This document shows, piece after piece, positions 9,953 to 19,490 of a DNA stretch of 64,000 nucleotides. Within the stretch, counting starts at the first letter, position 1. Each line of letters opens with the position of its first letter. Source of the stretch: a virus; the IMG/VR virus record IMGVR_UViG_3300023109_000007, positions 64,001 to 128,000 of that record; one strand, written 5' to 3'. The notes under the pieces are model-generated. The model made no database searches, had not been told where the DNA came from, and was given only the letters and a program-made list of their open reading frames with translations. A program made the translations under genes and the position numbers.

Positions 9953-12900
9953 TATTGCGCTCCGCCTGTTCTAGCTTGAGGTGTTTCGGTAGCAGGTAGA
10001 GACGTTGCACCACCAGAAGGAATTACTCCTCTGCGTAGACCTTGAAGTGATCCACCTTCGTTTGATGCAGCTGAGAAATGCATAGCATCTTTGCTTTTTC
10101 CTGTCCAGGCTCCGCCCCAACCCATTCCGTATTTGTTTGCTAATGCAACCATTTCACTACCTGTGCCGCCTGCTGGCATGTCTGTTATATAGTTTGGACC
10201 AAATGGGTTTTCACGAGGGTTAATATCAATAGCAATGCCGCCGGAGTGCCAACTCAGTGTTGACGTGTCGCCAATATATCTATAATTATAGCCGCCAATG
10301 CTGTATATTTCATACCCGTAGACATTTTCTAATTCGTCAATCATTGCTTGAAACTGCGGTGCTAGTGATGCTGCTACTTGTGTTGATTTGCCTTTCTTAC
10401 TAGTTGTAATAGTTGCAAGTTGTCCCCCGCTTCCAGCTGGACTACCGGCTGGTGCTGTACTGTTTGTCGCACCTGGCCCAGTTCCGCCGCTTGTTGTTGG
10501 AGAATTTGCATTTGTTAGTGTACGGTTTTGTTGGTTGCCTACTGGGCCGCCTGGTCCTGCGTATTGTCCCGCTGCCATTCTATCAGCTGCACGAGGATCC
10601 ATATTATTTGTAGCACCTTCTGTTATTGCTTCAGACTGACCTGTTGCTTCATCATTTTGGCCGCGACGTCTAATCATTTTTAAATTAGTCTTGAATTGAC
10701 CTTTACTGAATGTATTTGTAACTTCATTTACTTGGAATAGTCCACTAAACGGCTTTACTATAGTGCTAAATTGCATCAGTCCGCCTTCGGCATAATCTGT
10801 AGGAGTTCTAAAGTTTACAACAATTAATACTTCTTCGTTTTGGTAGTCCATGCCGCCATCAGCATTTGTATTACGCTTTACTCCACTTGCTGGTGCATTG
10901 TAATTTCCCATTCCGCTTGTTGGAATATAGAAAGGATCTCCCCAAATTTCCATTTCAGCTTGTACCATATCAGTATCACCATTAATTAATGTGTTATGAA
11001 ATGCTTCAGCAATTGCACGTTTTGTACCCGATGATGCAGTTGTAGCTATTCCGTTTGGTACAGGTGATTTGCCATCGCTGTTTCTAACAGGAGCTTTTGG
11101 TTCTGCTAAGCCGCCACCGCCGGCTGGACCAATGCCAGGAGGTGCTACAACCGTTCCAGGAGGTGGTGTATTTGCAACAACTTCACTTCCGGCGCCTGAT
11201 CTAATTGGTAAATTAAACTGTCCTAAATCTGCATACAAGTTTTGATAGAACGCTCCTTTAAATTCAATTGCAAAATCTAATACATCTTCATTTTTTCCTG
11301 TGTAGAAATAGTTGTATTCTTTTACTGCGTTTGCCTTTAATTCTTCTGTACTAGAAGGTGTTCTACCAGGTCCCATAAATTTAGCCTCGTCTGCTAAAAA
11401 AGGAACAACACTATATACATACACTTTTGCTTTAGTACCGTTTGTTAATTCGCTTGCTATATTTTCAGTATCAAAAACCATTGTTTCAACTTTGAACCAT
11501 GTTTTAAACCCATTTTCAGCAGGAGTTTCTGCAAGTGATTTTCCGTATTCACTACTAATAATAACATCTTCTATAATACCAACAATATTTGTACCTTGTA
11601 CATACTGCCCTGTTCTTTCAAGATCTTGTTGTGCTACTGCTTGTCGATTCATATATCTTATTGGCCCGTCATCATACATTGCATCAACATGACTTCCCAT
11701 TGGTCTAGTGCCACCTTCATTTGTATCATTAGTTAGAATAGCCCTACCAATTTCATTTACGTGAGTTTCTGAAAAATTCTTTAATGTTTCATAAACATTA
11801 GCCCCACCCGCGGCTTCTACTGCACTTGTAGCACCTTGCTTGTCATCAGGAAACATAATAATATATCTATCTTCTTGAGGAGAAACATTAGCATCTTCAC
11901 GTGTTTCATTTCTAGCGTTTAGTACATTTGTTAAACTGCGTTCGCCTCTTTGTAAATATTCATCAACAGCATTACCACTAATTGATACATCTGTTGGTAC
12001 TTGTGCAATTTCATCAACAAGTGCTTGTTCATTGTAAGGAATTGCTTCAACTGAATATCTACTACCTTGTCCGTCAACTTGAAATTCAACATTAGTTAGT
12101 TTTATCGGAACGTATTTTGTTGTAACGTTTTGTTCTTGTTTATTTGGCATTGGAGCACTATTTTCATCAAACCCCAAAAACTGTATTCTCAATATATACG
12201 GTGCTTCGATATAATTTGCATGATTTGCTTGTACTGCTGCTACCTGCATAGCTTCTAAAAACTGTCCCATACTATATGGTTCTAGTACTGTAAATGCAAT
12301 ATTTGTACCCATTGCAACACCAGTTTTAGAATTTGGAGCAATAAGTGCATCCATTTCTAAGTCTTCTAAATAATACTCTCCGGTAGTATTGTAGTTTACT
12401 TCGCCAAATGTAGTAACTCTTTCCGTAAGTGCGCCGCCGCCGGTTTGGCAAATTACATTAGATAACCCACGAGACCTAAATCCACTTTCGGGTGTGTTTA
12501 CTTCAGCACTGGTTATACAAGCTAATGTAATTCTGTAATTATATGCAGCGTATGATCTTAAAGGATTTTTTAATCTACCATTAGCATCAGTTGCTATAGC
12601 TGTGTTAGATCTATCAGTTCTACCACCTGAGCCTATTGATGCTAGTCCAAAAAACGCTCCTCCTAAGTCGCCGCTGAATAGACTTGTTGCTGAATTTAAG
12701 AGGCCACCTATTGATCCGCCTGCTACTTTTGCTATAGCACTGTTAATAACATTTTCACCAATGCCGCCAGCTAATCCGCCAGGCAATACTTTGATAGCAT
12801 TACTCATTGATTCAAAATCTTTGACTAGAGGTATCTTTCCAAGAAGGCCCATTTCAAAATCTTGCATACCGGCTCGCTGAATACTTTCTAACTTTCTAGT

Positions 12901-13095
12901 AAAATTATCTGTTATGCCTTGTACGTTTCCTGGTAGTCCTGATATACCAGATATTGCGCCGCGTAAATCTTTGTTAAATCCGCCAAAATTGACTTTAGAT
13001 AGTTGATTTTGTGCCGCCGTTAAATTTTTATTAAAGTTTCCAAGGGAGCCGGCTGCTCCTGAAATATTTGAAGATATGAAACTGCCAAAACCCAT
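9952..13095 (-). CDS. Baseplate hub-like protein with C-terminal M15-family peptidoglycan peptidase
   Basis: Hub-like core (EIWGDPFYI, FSGLFQVNEVTNTFSKGQF). C-terminal SWHSGGIAIDINP...WGGAW...DAMHF matches the Zn-peptidase M15 signature. Confidence 0.7.
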   Translation of the reverse strand: MGFGSFISSNISGAAGSLGNFNKNLTAAQNQLSKVNFGGFNKDLRGAISGISGLPGNVQGITDNFTRKLESIQRAGMQDFEMGLLGKIPLVKDFESMSNAIKVLPGGLAGGIGENVINSAIAKVAGGSIGGLLNSATSLFSGDLGGAFFGLASIGSGGRTDRSNTAIATDANGRLKNPLRSYAAYNYRITLACITSAEVNTPESGFRSRGLSNVICQTGGGALTERVTTFGEVNYNTTGEYYLEDLEMDALIAPNSKTGVAMGTNIAFTVLEPYSMGQFLEAMQVAAVQANHANYIEAPYILRIQFLGFDENSAPMPNKQEQNVTTKYVPIKLTNVEFQVDGQGSRYSVEAIPYNEQALVDEIAQVPTDVSISGNAVDEYLQRGERSLTNVLNARNETREDANVSPQEDRYIIMFPDDKQGATSAVEAAGGANVYETLKNFSETHVNEIGRAILTNDTNEGGTRPMGSHVDAMYDDGPIRYMNRQAVAQQDLERTGQYVQGTNIVGIIEDVIISSEYGKSLAETPAENGFKTWFKVETMVFDTENIASELTNGTKAKVYVYSVVPFLADEAKFMGPGRTPSSTEELKANAVKEYNYFYTGKNEDVLDFAIEFKGAFYQNLYADLGQFNLPIRSGAGSEVVANTPPPGTVVAPPGIGPAGGGGLAEPKAPVRNSDGKSPVPNGIATTASSGTKRAIAEAFHNTLINGDTDMVQAEMEIWGDPFYIPTSGMGNYNAPASGVKRNTNADGGMDYQNEEVLIVVNFRTPTDYAEGGLMQFSTIVKPFSGLFQVNEVTNTFSKGQFKTNLKMIRRRGQNDEATGQSEAITEGATNNMDPRAADRMAAGQYAGPGGPVGNQQNRTLTNANSPTTSGGTGPGATNSTAPAGSPAGSGGQLATITTSKKGKSTQVAASLAPQFQAMIDELENVYGYEIYSIGGYNYRYIGDTSTLSWHSGGIAIDINPRENPFGPNYITDMPAGGTGSEMVALANKYGMGWGGAWTGKSKDAMHFSAASNEGGSLQGLRRGVIPSGGATSLPATETPQARTGGAQ

Positions 13096-13096
13096 A

Positions 13097-13387
13097 TTAA
13101 GCTCCTATCAATGTTTTCATATTAGTTTCTTTAGGCAACCGTATTTGTGTTCCTGCAGAAAAATCGTATATTGGATCTTTTATTATGTCCATATTACGCT
13201 GTGCAAATATCCACCATAGATCCTTTGTACCGTATAAATCATATGCTAATAGATCTGGCCGATTATGATAATTAGGTGTAATTTCAAATATTACGTCATC
13301 ATCTTCAGCTGGGATTGGTATAATCTTTAATATATCTAAGTAACCTGATCTTGTTATACCTGTTTTTGCATAGGGGTTCATACTCAT
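13097..13387 (-). CDS. gp53: Baseplate wedge protein (gp53-like, LysM-like)
   Basis: RPDLLAYDLYGTKDLWWIFAQRN motif. Confidence 0.75.
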   Translation of the reverse strand: MSMNPYAKTGITRSGYLDILKIIPIPAEDDDVIFEITPNYHNRPDLLAYDLYGTKDLWWIFAQRNMDIIKDPIYDFSAGTQIRLPKETNMKTLIGA

Positions 13388-14370
13388 TAGATAAATCCTT
13401 CTGTGCCACTGGCCGCATAATCGCCGTTCGCAAACTTCTGTAGATTAAATGTAGATTGTGTTGTTCTACTGTACTGTGGTAATAGTGTTACTGTAATTGT
13501 AGATTGTACAGGAACATAGTTATCTTGGTTTTCTAAATTAACTTTTATATAATCTACTTCTGCAGGTAAATCGGTTGTAAAGTTACTTACAACTACAGGT
13601 ATGTTATTAAGAACATGTCTGCCATATCCGTTTAGTCTAGCAACCAAAGGTGGATTACCACTGTATGCTCCGTCGCCATAGAACATTTTAGTCATTGTTC
13701 TAAGATAATGTAACACAGCAATCCAGTATACGGCATCAGCTGACGATTCGCTATAAAATTCACCTGTAATTGTTATTGCATCTACTTGACTGTTTTCATA
13801 TGCATTATAAGGATAGTTTACATGAGTTGGATGTATTTGACTATAACTTGCTGTATTACCAAATAATATTGTAGGTGTAAACGGAAAAACTAGTTTGCCG
13901 CCACTGTTTTTAAATGGGTTAAATAAAGCACTGTCAGTAATAGCTTGAGGTATAGATAAACTAACTCTCCAATCATTTGATTCAGGATCAATTCCGCCAG
14001 CTGACACACTTTGACTTATTAGTTGAGCCTGTGCCGAATTAGCAGAAATTGGGTTAGCGCCAGGTGGAGGACCGCCTGCTGCTCCCATTCTGCTTCTAGT
14101 TCCAAAACCCCGTGTAAAGGTACCTTTGAGAGCGTTAAAGTCAGCTGTTGCACCTTTGGCAAGATTAAGTAAATCTGATCCTTGAGATACTAAGCCTTTT
14201 AAGCCACCAATTGACGGTTTACTAGCAAAGTTTCCGATAGCACCTTGTAAGCCACTAACTCCGCCAAAAGCTGCGGTAGCATTTGATTTTAGATTATTAA
14301 ATGTACTCTGAGCGTTCTTTACAGAGCTTGCCATTGATGATAATTGATTAAATCCGCTAAAAAGTCCCAT
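13387..14370 (-). CDS. Baseplate/tail-tube initiator (gp48/gp54-like)
   Basis: LVFPFTPTI...ITITGEF...GNPPLVARLNGYG...IPVVVSNFT motif; first gene of the baseplate operon. Confidence 0.55.
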   Translation of the reverse strand: MGLFSGFNQLSSMASSVKNAQSTFNNLKSNATAAFGGVSGLQGAIGNFASKPSIGGLKGLVSQGSDLLNLAKGATADFNALKGTFTRGFGTRSRMGAAGGPPPGANPISANSAQAQLISQSVSAGGIDPESNDWRVSLSIPQAITDSALFNPFKNSGGKLVFPFTPTILFGNTASYSQIHPTHVNYPYNAYENSQVDAITITGEFYSESSADAVYWIAVLHYLRTMTKMFYGDGAYSGNPPLVARLNGYGRHVLNNIPVVVSNFTTDLPAEVDYIKVNLENQDNYVPVQSTITVTLLPQYSRTTQSTFNLQKFANGDYAASGTEGFI

Positions 14371-14390
14371 ATTTCTTTATCTCCTACATA

Positions 14391-14398
14391 GTATTTAG
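14391..14398 (-). promoter_or_regulatory. Late promoter (CTAAATAC) for the baseplate operon
   Basis: TAAATA core 20 nt upstream of ATG 14370, followed by an AGGAG SD. Confidence 0.65.
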
Positions 14399-14427
14399 TT
14401 GACAAATTTAACTACGTATATTATAAT
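14399..14427 (+). promoter_or_regulatory. Consensus sigma70 promoter for gp55
   Basis: TTGACA (14399-14404), 17-nt spacer, TATAAT (14422-14427). Confidence 0.85.
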
Positions 14428-14456
14428 AGTATATATACTATAAGCCTGGAGCAAAA

Positions 14457-15284
14457 ATGAGAAAAAAGAACTACCTTAATAATAAGGACATTTTAAAAGA
14501 AATACACAAATCTAAGAATACATATAACAGTTACGTAGAAGAAGATTACGGACAGTTTGATATTATTTTATTAGATGTTGACAAAGTTAATATTAGAACT
14601 ATTGCAGAAGCAAAACGCAACAAAGCAAAACGTCTAAGCACAGCTGACTACGAAGCACGTAAGATGGCCGGACAAAAAGTTAAACAAGCAGAGTGCGAAG
14701 TTGATTATAGAAAAATTACAAAAGAAGAACTAATTTTTCGTGTCATGACATTTGATCATATTCCAGAAGAACCCGGAAGAAAAAAGAATCCGAAGACTAT
14801 AGCAGACACAAAAACTAAATTAAACTTTCCTCCATTTAAACATTATAAGTTTACAGATGACGGCGAATTAGTATGTGTAGGAAAAAGTCATTGGGAAGGT
14901 GGAATGGAAAACGGTTGCTTTAGTAAATCACATGGTAAGGCAACAAACAATCTAGCTATGATGTGGATGAAACTTTGTGATAGATACGCAACAAGAGGCA
15001 ATGTACGTGGTTACACTTACAATGACGAAATGCGTGGTCAAGCAATCTTGCAGTTAGCACAGATTGGCTTACAGTTTGACGAGTCAAAATCACAAAATCC
15101 GTTTGCTTACTATACTGCGGCTGTAACTAATAGTTTTGTACGTGTTATTAATATTGAAAAACGCAATCAAAATATTAGAGACGATATTCTTGAAATGAAT
15201 GACTTGAATCCAAGTTATACAAGACAACATGCAGGCGAATGGGAAGCTTCCCTAAAAAGACAAAAAGAACTTTCAAAAAAGTAG
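14457..15284 (+). CDS. gp55: Late-transcription sigma factor (gp55-like)
   Basis: YLNNKDIL, NVRGYTYNDEMRGQAILQL and FDESKSQNPFAYYT motifs; located before gp47/gp46 as in T4-like phages. Confidence 0.88.
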   Translation: MRKKNYLNNKDILKEIHKSKNTYNSYVEEDYGQFDIILLDVDKVNIRTIAEAKRNKAKRLSTADYEARKMAGQKVKQAECEVDYRKITKEELIFRVMTFDHIPEEPGRKKNPKTIADTKTKLNFPPFKHYKFTDDGELVCVGKSHWEGGMENGCFSKSHGKATNNLAMMWMKLCDRYATRGNVRGYTYNDEMRGQAILQLAQIGLQFDESKSQNPFAYYTAAVTNSFVRVINIEKRNQNIRDDILEMNDLNPSYTRQHAGEWEASLKRQKELSKK

Positions 15285-15313
15285 TTGACAAGTGTACATT
15301 TTTGTTATATAAT
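15285..15313 (+). promoter_or_regulatory. Consensus sigma70 promoter for gp47/gp46
   Basis: TTGACA (15285-15290), 17-nt spacer, TATAAT (15308-15313). Confidence 0.85.
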
Positions 15314-15343
15314 ATAACAAGTAGATAACCCGGAGACTATATT

Positions 15344-16351
15344 TTGTTTAAGAAAGCAGCAGTTTTTACTGACATACACTTTGGCCTTAAAAGTAATAGC
15401 CGAACGCATAACTCAGACTGTGAAGAATTCATTGATTGGTTTATTGTTAATGCAAAAGAAAAAGGTTGCGAAACCTGCATTTTTTGCGGCGATTGGCATC
15501 ACAACAGAAATTCACTTAATCTTACTACTATGGATGCAACAATTCGTAGTATGGAAAAGTTAGGCAAAGCATTTGATAAAGTTTTGATGTTTGTAGGAAA
15601 TCATGATTTATATTACAAAGACAAACGTGATGTAAGTTCTACTGAGTTTGCTAGGCATATACCTGGTATTACAGTAGTTGACAAGATACTAGTCGAAGAT
15701 GACGTTGCTCTTGTTCCATGGTTAGTTGGTGATGAATGGAAAAAAGTAGGAAAAATTAAAGCCAAGTATTTGTTTGGTCATTTTGAACTACCTAGCTTCT
15801 ATATGAATGCCATGGTGCAGATGCCTGATCACGGAGACTTAAAGGCTGAACATTTTGTTAATCAAGAATATGTGTTTTCAGGACACTTTCACAAACGTCA
15901 AAAGCAGGGTAAAGTACATTACTTAGGTAATGCATTTCCGCACAACTATGCAGATGCATGGGACGATGATCGCGGAATGATGGTACTAGAACACGGGGGC
16001 GAACCCGAGTACATTAACTGGGAAGCCTGTCCAAAATACAGAACAATAAAACTTTCTAAACTAATTGATGACACTGACAAACTTATTAAAGATAAGATGT
16101 ATTTGCGTGTTACACTAGACTTACCAATTAGTTATGAAGAAGCTAACTTTATTAAAGAAACTTATATTAGCAATTACGGTGTTCGTGAACTAACACTTAT
16201 ACCGCAAAAGCAGATGGAAGAAATTAGTACAGATTTAGATATTGCACAATTTGAAAGTGTTGATCAAATTGTAGCAAGTGAAATAGCAGAACTAGATACT
16301 GCCAACTACAATAAGAACACTCTCTTACAAATATATAATGGTTTAGAATGA
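15344..16351 (+). CDS. gp47: Recombination nuclease, Mre11/SbcD-like
   Basis: Metallophosphoesterase motifs DIHFG, GDWHH, GNHD, GHFE and SGHFH; TTG start with GGAG SD. Confidence 0.92.
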   Translation: MFKKAAVFTDIHFGLKSNSRTHNSDCEEFIDWFIVNAKEKGCETCIFCGDWHHNRNSLNLTTMDATIRSMEKLGKAFDKVLMFVGNHDLYYKDKRDVSSTEFARHIPGITVVDKILVEDDVALVPWLVGDEWKKVGKIKAKYLFGHFELPSFYMNAMVQMPDHGDLKAEHFVNQEYVFSGHFHKRQKQGKVHYLGNAFPHNYADAWDDDRGMMVLEHGGEPEYINWEACPKYRTIKLSKLIDDTDKLIKDKMYLRVTLDLPISYEEANFIKETYISNYGVRELTLIPQKQMEEISTDLDIAQFESVDQIVASEIAELDTANYNKNTLLQIYNGLE

Positions 16352-18120
16352 TACGAATTAAAGATTTAACAGTTAAAAACTTCATGAGTGTGGGCAATCA
16401 AACCCAGGCTGTAGATTTTAATCGAGAACAATTAACACTAGTACTTGGTGAAAATTTAGACCAAGGTGGTGATGATACTGGATCAAGAAACGGTACAGGC
16501 AAAACTACAATAATTAATGCACTAAGTTATGCATTATATGGTACTGCCTTAACTAATATTAAACGAAATAATCTTATAAACAAGACTAATTCTAAAGGTA
16601 TGTTAGTTACACTTCATTTTGAAAAGAATGGTGTTGATTATAGAATTGAACGAGGTAGATCACCTAACATTCTAAAGTTCTACATTAACGAACAAGAACA
16701 AGAAATGATTGACGAGTCGCAAGGTGATAGCCGAAAAACACAAGAGTCAATCCACGAATTGCTAGGTATGAGTCATGATATGTTTAAGCACATTGTTGCA
16801 CTAAACACATACTCTGAGCCGTTCTTATCTATGAGAGCTAATGACCAACGTGCAATCATCGAACAGTTACTTGGTATTACTATACTAACTGAAAAAGCAG
16901 ATAGACTTAAAGAAAGTGTTAAACAAACTAAAGATAGTATTACAACTGAAACTTTAAAGATAGAAGCTATACAAACAGCTAACAGTAAGATTGAAGGGAC
17001 AATTTCTAGTTTACAAAGAACACAGCGGGCGTGGCTTTCTAAGAAATCACAAGACGTTGAAAAACTAACCTTAGGAATTGACGAATTAGAACATGTAAAC
17101 ATTGACATTGAACTAGAATCGCATGAAAAACTATCAAATTGGACTGATCATAACAATGCTATTTTGGCTCTTAAAAAAGAACTTAGTACTTTGGAACCGG
17201 CACTACAACGTGCTGATAAGAGTGTAACAAAACTTGTTAAAGATGTCGCAGATTTAGAAGATGCTACGTGTTATACATGTGGACAAGAGCTACATGCAGA
17301 CAAAAAAGCAGAAATTGCAGAACGTAAAGAAAAAGAATTAGATGATGCAAAAGCATATGCACTAGAAATTACTACTAAAGTAAAAGACGTTATGCTTGCT
17401 TTGGATAAAATAGGTGACATTAATGGTAAGCCTACTACATTCTATGAAACTGCTAAAGAAGCATATGAGCATAGACAAAATGTTGATAGTTTAAGGACTG
17501 CACTTGTTTCAAAACAAAATGAAACTGATCCTTATCAAACGCAGATTGACGAATTAAACAACAGTGCTATACAAGAAATCAATTGGGACGAAATTAACGT
17601 ATTAACAGATTATAAAGAACATCAAGAATTTTTGTTAAAGTTACTAACAAACAAAGATAGCTTTATTCGTAAGAAAATTATTGATCAAAATTTAGCATAC
17701 TTAAATAATCGGTTGTCTTATTATTTAGACAAACTAGGATTGCCTCATCAGGTTGTGTTTTTAAATGATTTAAATGTTGAAATTACACAATTAGGACAAG
17801 ATTTAGACTTTGATAATTTATCAAGAGGAGAGCGTAATAGACTTATACTCGGCTTGTCGTTTGCATTTAGAGATGTTTGGGAGAGTTTATATCAAGGCGT
17901 AAACTTGTTGTTTATTGACGAACTTATTGACAGTGGTATGGATGCTGCCGGTGTTGAAAATTCATTAAGCATCTTAAAGAAAATGGGTAGAGAACGTGAA
18001 AAGAACATTTATCTTATTTCGCACAAAGACGAACTAATTGGTCGTGTTAATCATGTTCTAAAAGTTATCAAAGAAAATGGATTTACAAATTATGAAAATG
18101 ATATTGAAGTTGTAGAATAA
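16348..18120 (+). CDS. gp46: Recombination ATPase, Rad50/SbcC-like
   Basis: Walker A NGTGKT, coiled coil with CYTC zinc hook, LSRGE signature, Walker B LLFIDE, H-loop ISH. Confidence 0.93.
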   Translation: MIRIKDLTVKNFMSVGNQTQAVDFNREQLTLVLGENLDQGGDDTGSRNGTGKTTIINALSYALYGTALTNIKRNNLINKTNSKGMLVTLHFEKNGVDYRIERGRSPNILKFYINEQEQEMIDESQGDSRKTQESIHELLGMSHDMFKHIVALNTYSEPFLSMRANDQRAIIEQLLGITILTEKADRLKESVKQTKDSITTETLKIEAIQTANSKIEGTISSLQRTQRAWLSKKSQDVEKLTLGIDELEHVNIDIELESHEKLSNWTDHNNAILALKKELSTLEPALQRADKSVTKLVKDVADLEDATCYTCGQELHADKKAEIAERKEKELDDAKAYALEITTKVKDVMLALDKIGDINGKPTTFYETAKEAYEHRQNVDSLRTALVSKQNETDPYQTQIDELNNSAIQEINWDEINVLTDYKEHQEFLLKLLTNKDSFIRKKIIDQNLAYLNNRLSYYLDKLGLPHQVVFLNDLNVEITQLGQDLDFDNLSRGERNRLILGLSFAFRDVWESLYQGVNLLFIDELIDSGMDAAGVENSLSILKKMGREREKNIYLISHKDELIGRVNHVLKVIKENGFTNYENDIEVVE

Positions 18121-18311
18121 TGGATGATACACAAGATAAATTAGCTCAAGCATATTTAGAATACTTTCGAGCAAACGAGCTGTTTGAAACACGGAATAGT
18201 GTACGTACACACAGGTATGTAAGAAAATGTTTAAGAGATATTAGATCACTTGCAAAAGACAGAATGGAAGAAATACACGTAAAGTATTTGGATAAGAAAA
18301 ATAATGTTTAA
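18120..18311 (+). CDS. Small hypothetical protein
   Basis: 63-aa ORF coupled to gp46 by TAATG. Confidence 0.6.
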   Translation: MDDTQDKLAQAYLEYFRANELFETRNSVRTHRYVRKCLRDIRSLAKDRMEEIHVKYLDKKNNV

Positions 18312-19023
18312 TATTTGGAAAAAGAAAGAAAAATTACACATAGATTGCTTTACTAATTTTGGTGGTATTACTAAACTTTTTCCAATAGAATCTAGTTCTG
18401 CTTTCATGCCTGAATGGTTTAAAAAGTTGCCTACAACAGCACAAACTGATACTGGCGGTAATGTAGGAACTGTAAAATTATGTCCTGGAATAACTGATAC
18501 ATTAAAGGCCGGTATTGTTATTCCTGTTTGGTGTGATATGTTTGTAGATCATGCAAACGGAGTTGTTAAAACTGAGCCAGAAGAAATGGCAGACGGACAT
18601 CCAAGTTGGCAATGGGGGAATCATTCATTGTTTAAAGGTTATCATCATTTAAAGATTTCATCACCTTGGCGATTTAGAGAAAAAACAGGTGCAAAATTTA
18701 TGATGACTAATTCTTTTTGGAATGATCCTCAAACTAATTATTTTGTTCCAAATGGTATTTTAGATTTCAAATATCAAACTACAACTAATATTAATATTTG
18801 GATACCGAAAAATAAATTTGGAGGTAGCGGAAAATTTTTACTCGAAGCAGGAAATCCGCTAGTACAAATAATTCCATTAGAGGATAAAGAAATTGTAATT
18901 CATATGCAAGAAGTTGGTGATGATGTATTTTACGGAGACGAATTAGATTATATCTTTACACAAAAAGGCATGTATTATAAGAGAAAAAACATTTTGTCCA
19001 AACGAGAAGGCAAAAAGACTTAG
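18304..19023 (+). CDS. Hypothetical protein
   Basis: 239-aa ORF with TVKLCPGITD...GIVIPVWCD and KISSPWRF; function not assignable. Confidence 0.65.
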   Translation: MFNIWKKKEKLHIDCFTNFGGITKLFPIESSSAFMPEWFKKLPTTAQTDTGGNVGTVKLCPGITDTLKAGIVIPVWCDMFVDHANGVVKTEPEEMADGHPSWQWGNHSLFKGYHHLKISSPWRFREKTGAKFMMTNSFWNDPQTNYFVPNGILDFKYQTTTNINIWIPKNKFGGSGKFLLEAGNPLVQIIPLEDKEIVIHMQEVGDDVFYGDELDYIFTQKGMYYKRKNILSKREGKKT

Positions 19024-19040
19024 GCACACATATATACTGG

Positions 19041-19490
19041 ATGCAGTGGACATTTGAAGGTAAAATAATAGACGAAATACCAGAAGAGTACGAAGGCTTT
19101 GTTTATCTTATTACAAATATCACTACAGGACAAAAATACATAGGCAAGAAACTAGCAAAATTTAAAACTACTAAGCCACCGCTTAAAGGCAGAAAAAATA
19201 AACGACGAGGCTATAAAGAAAGCGACTGGAGAACATACTACGGTAGTTCAGACAGACTAAACGCAGACGTAGCATCAATAGGCTCAGATAAGTTTACAAG
19301 AGAAATATTATACCTATGTAAAGGTAGGGGCGAAATGTCCTACATAGAGGCAAGAGAACAGTTTGATAGGCGAGTACTTGAAACTGATGATTACTATAAC
19401 GGTATCATCAATGTTAGAGTAGGCGGTTCAGACAAACTCAAACAGGCATTGCTAGAACAAAACATCAAGGCAAAACAATCTAACACATAA
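19041..19490 (+). CDS. Stand-alone GIY-YIG endonuclease (Seg-like catalytic domain only)
   Basis: GFVYLITN...KYIGKK, YYGSS, conserved Glu helix (SYIEAREQF) and YYN. At 149 aa it has no evident appended DNA-binding domain. Confidence 0.85.
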   Translation: MQWTFEGKIIDEIPEEYEGFVYLITNITTGQKYIGKKLAKFKTTKPPLKGRKNKRRGYKESDWRTYYGSSDRLNADVASIGSDKFTREILYLCKGRGEMSYIEAREQFDRRVLETDDYYNGIINVRVGGSDKLKQALLEQNIKAKQSNT

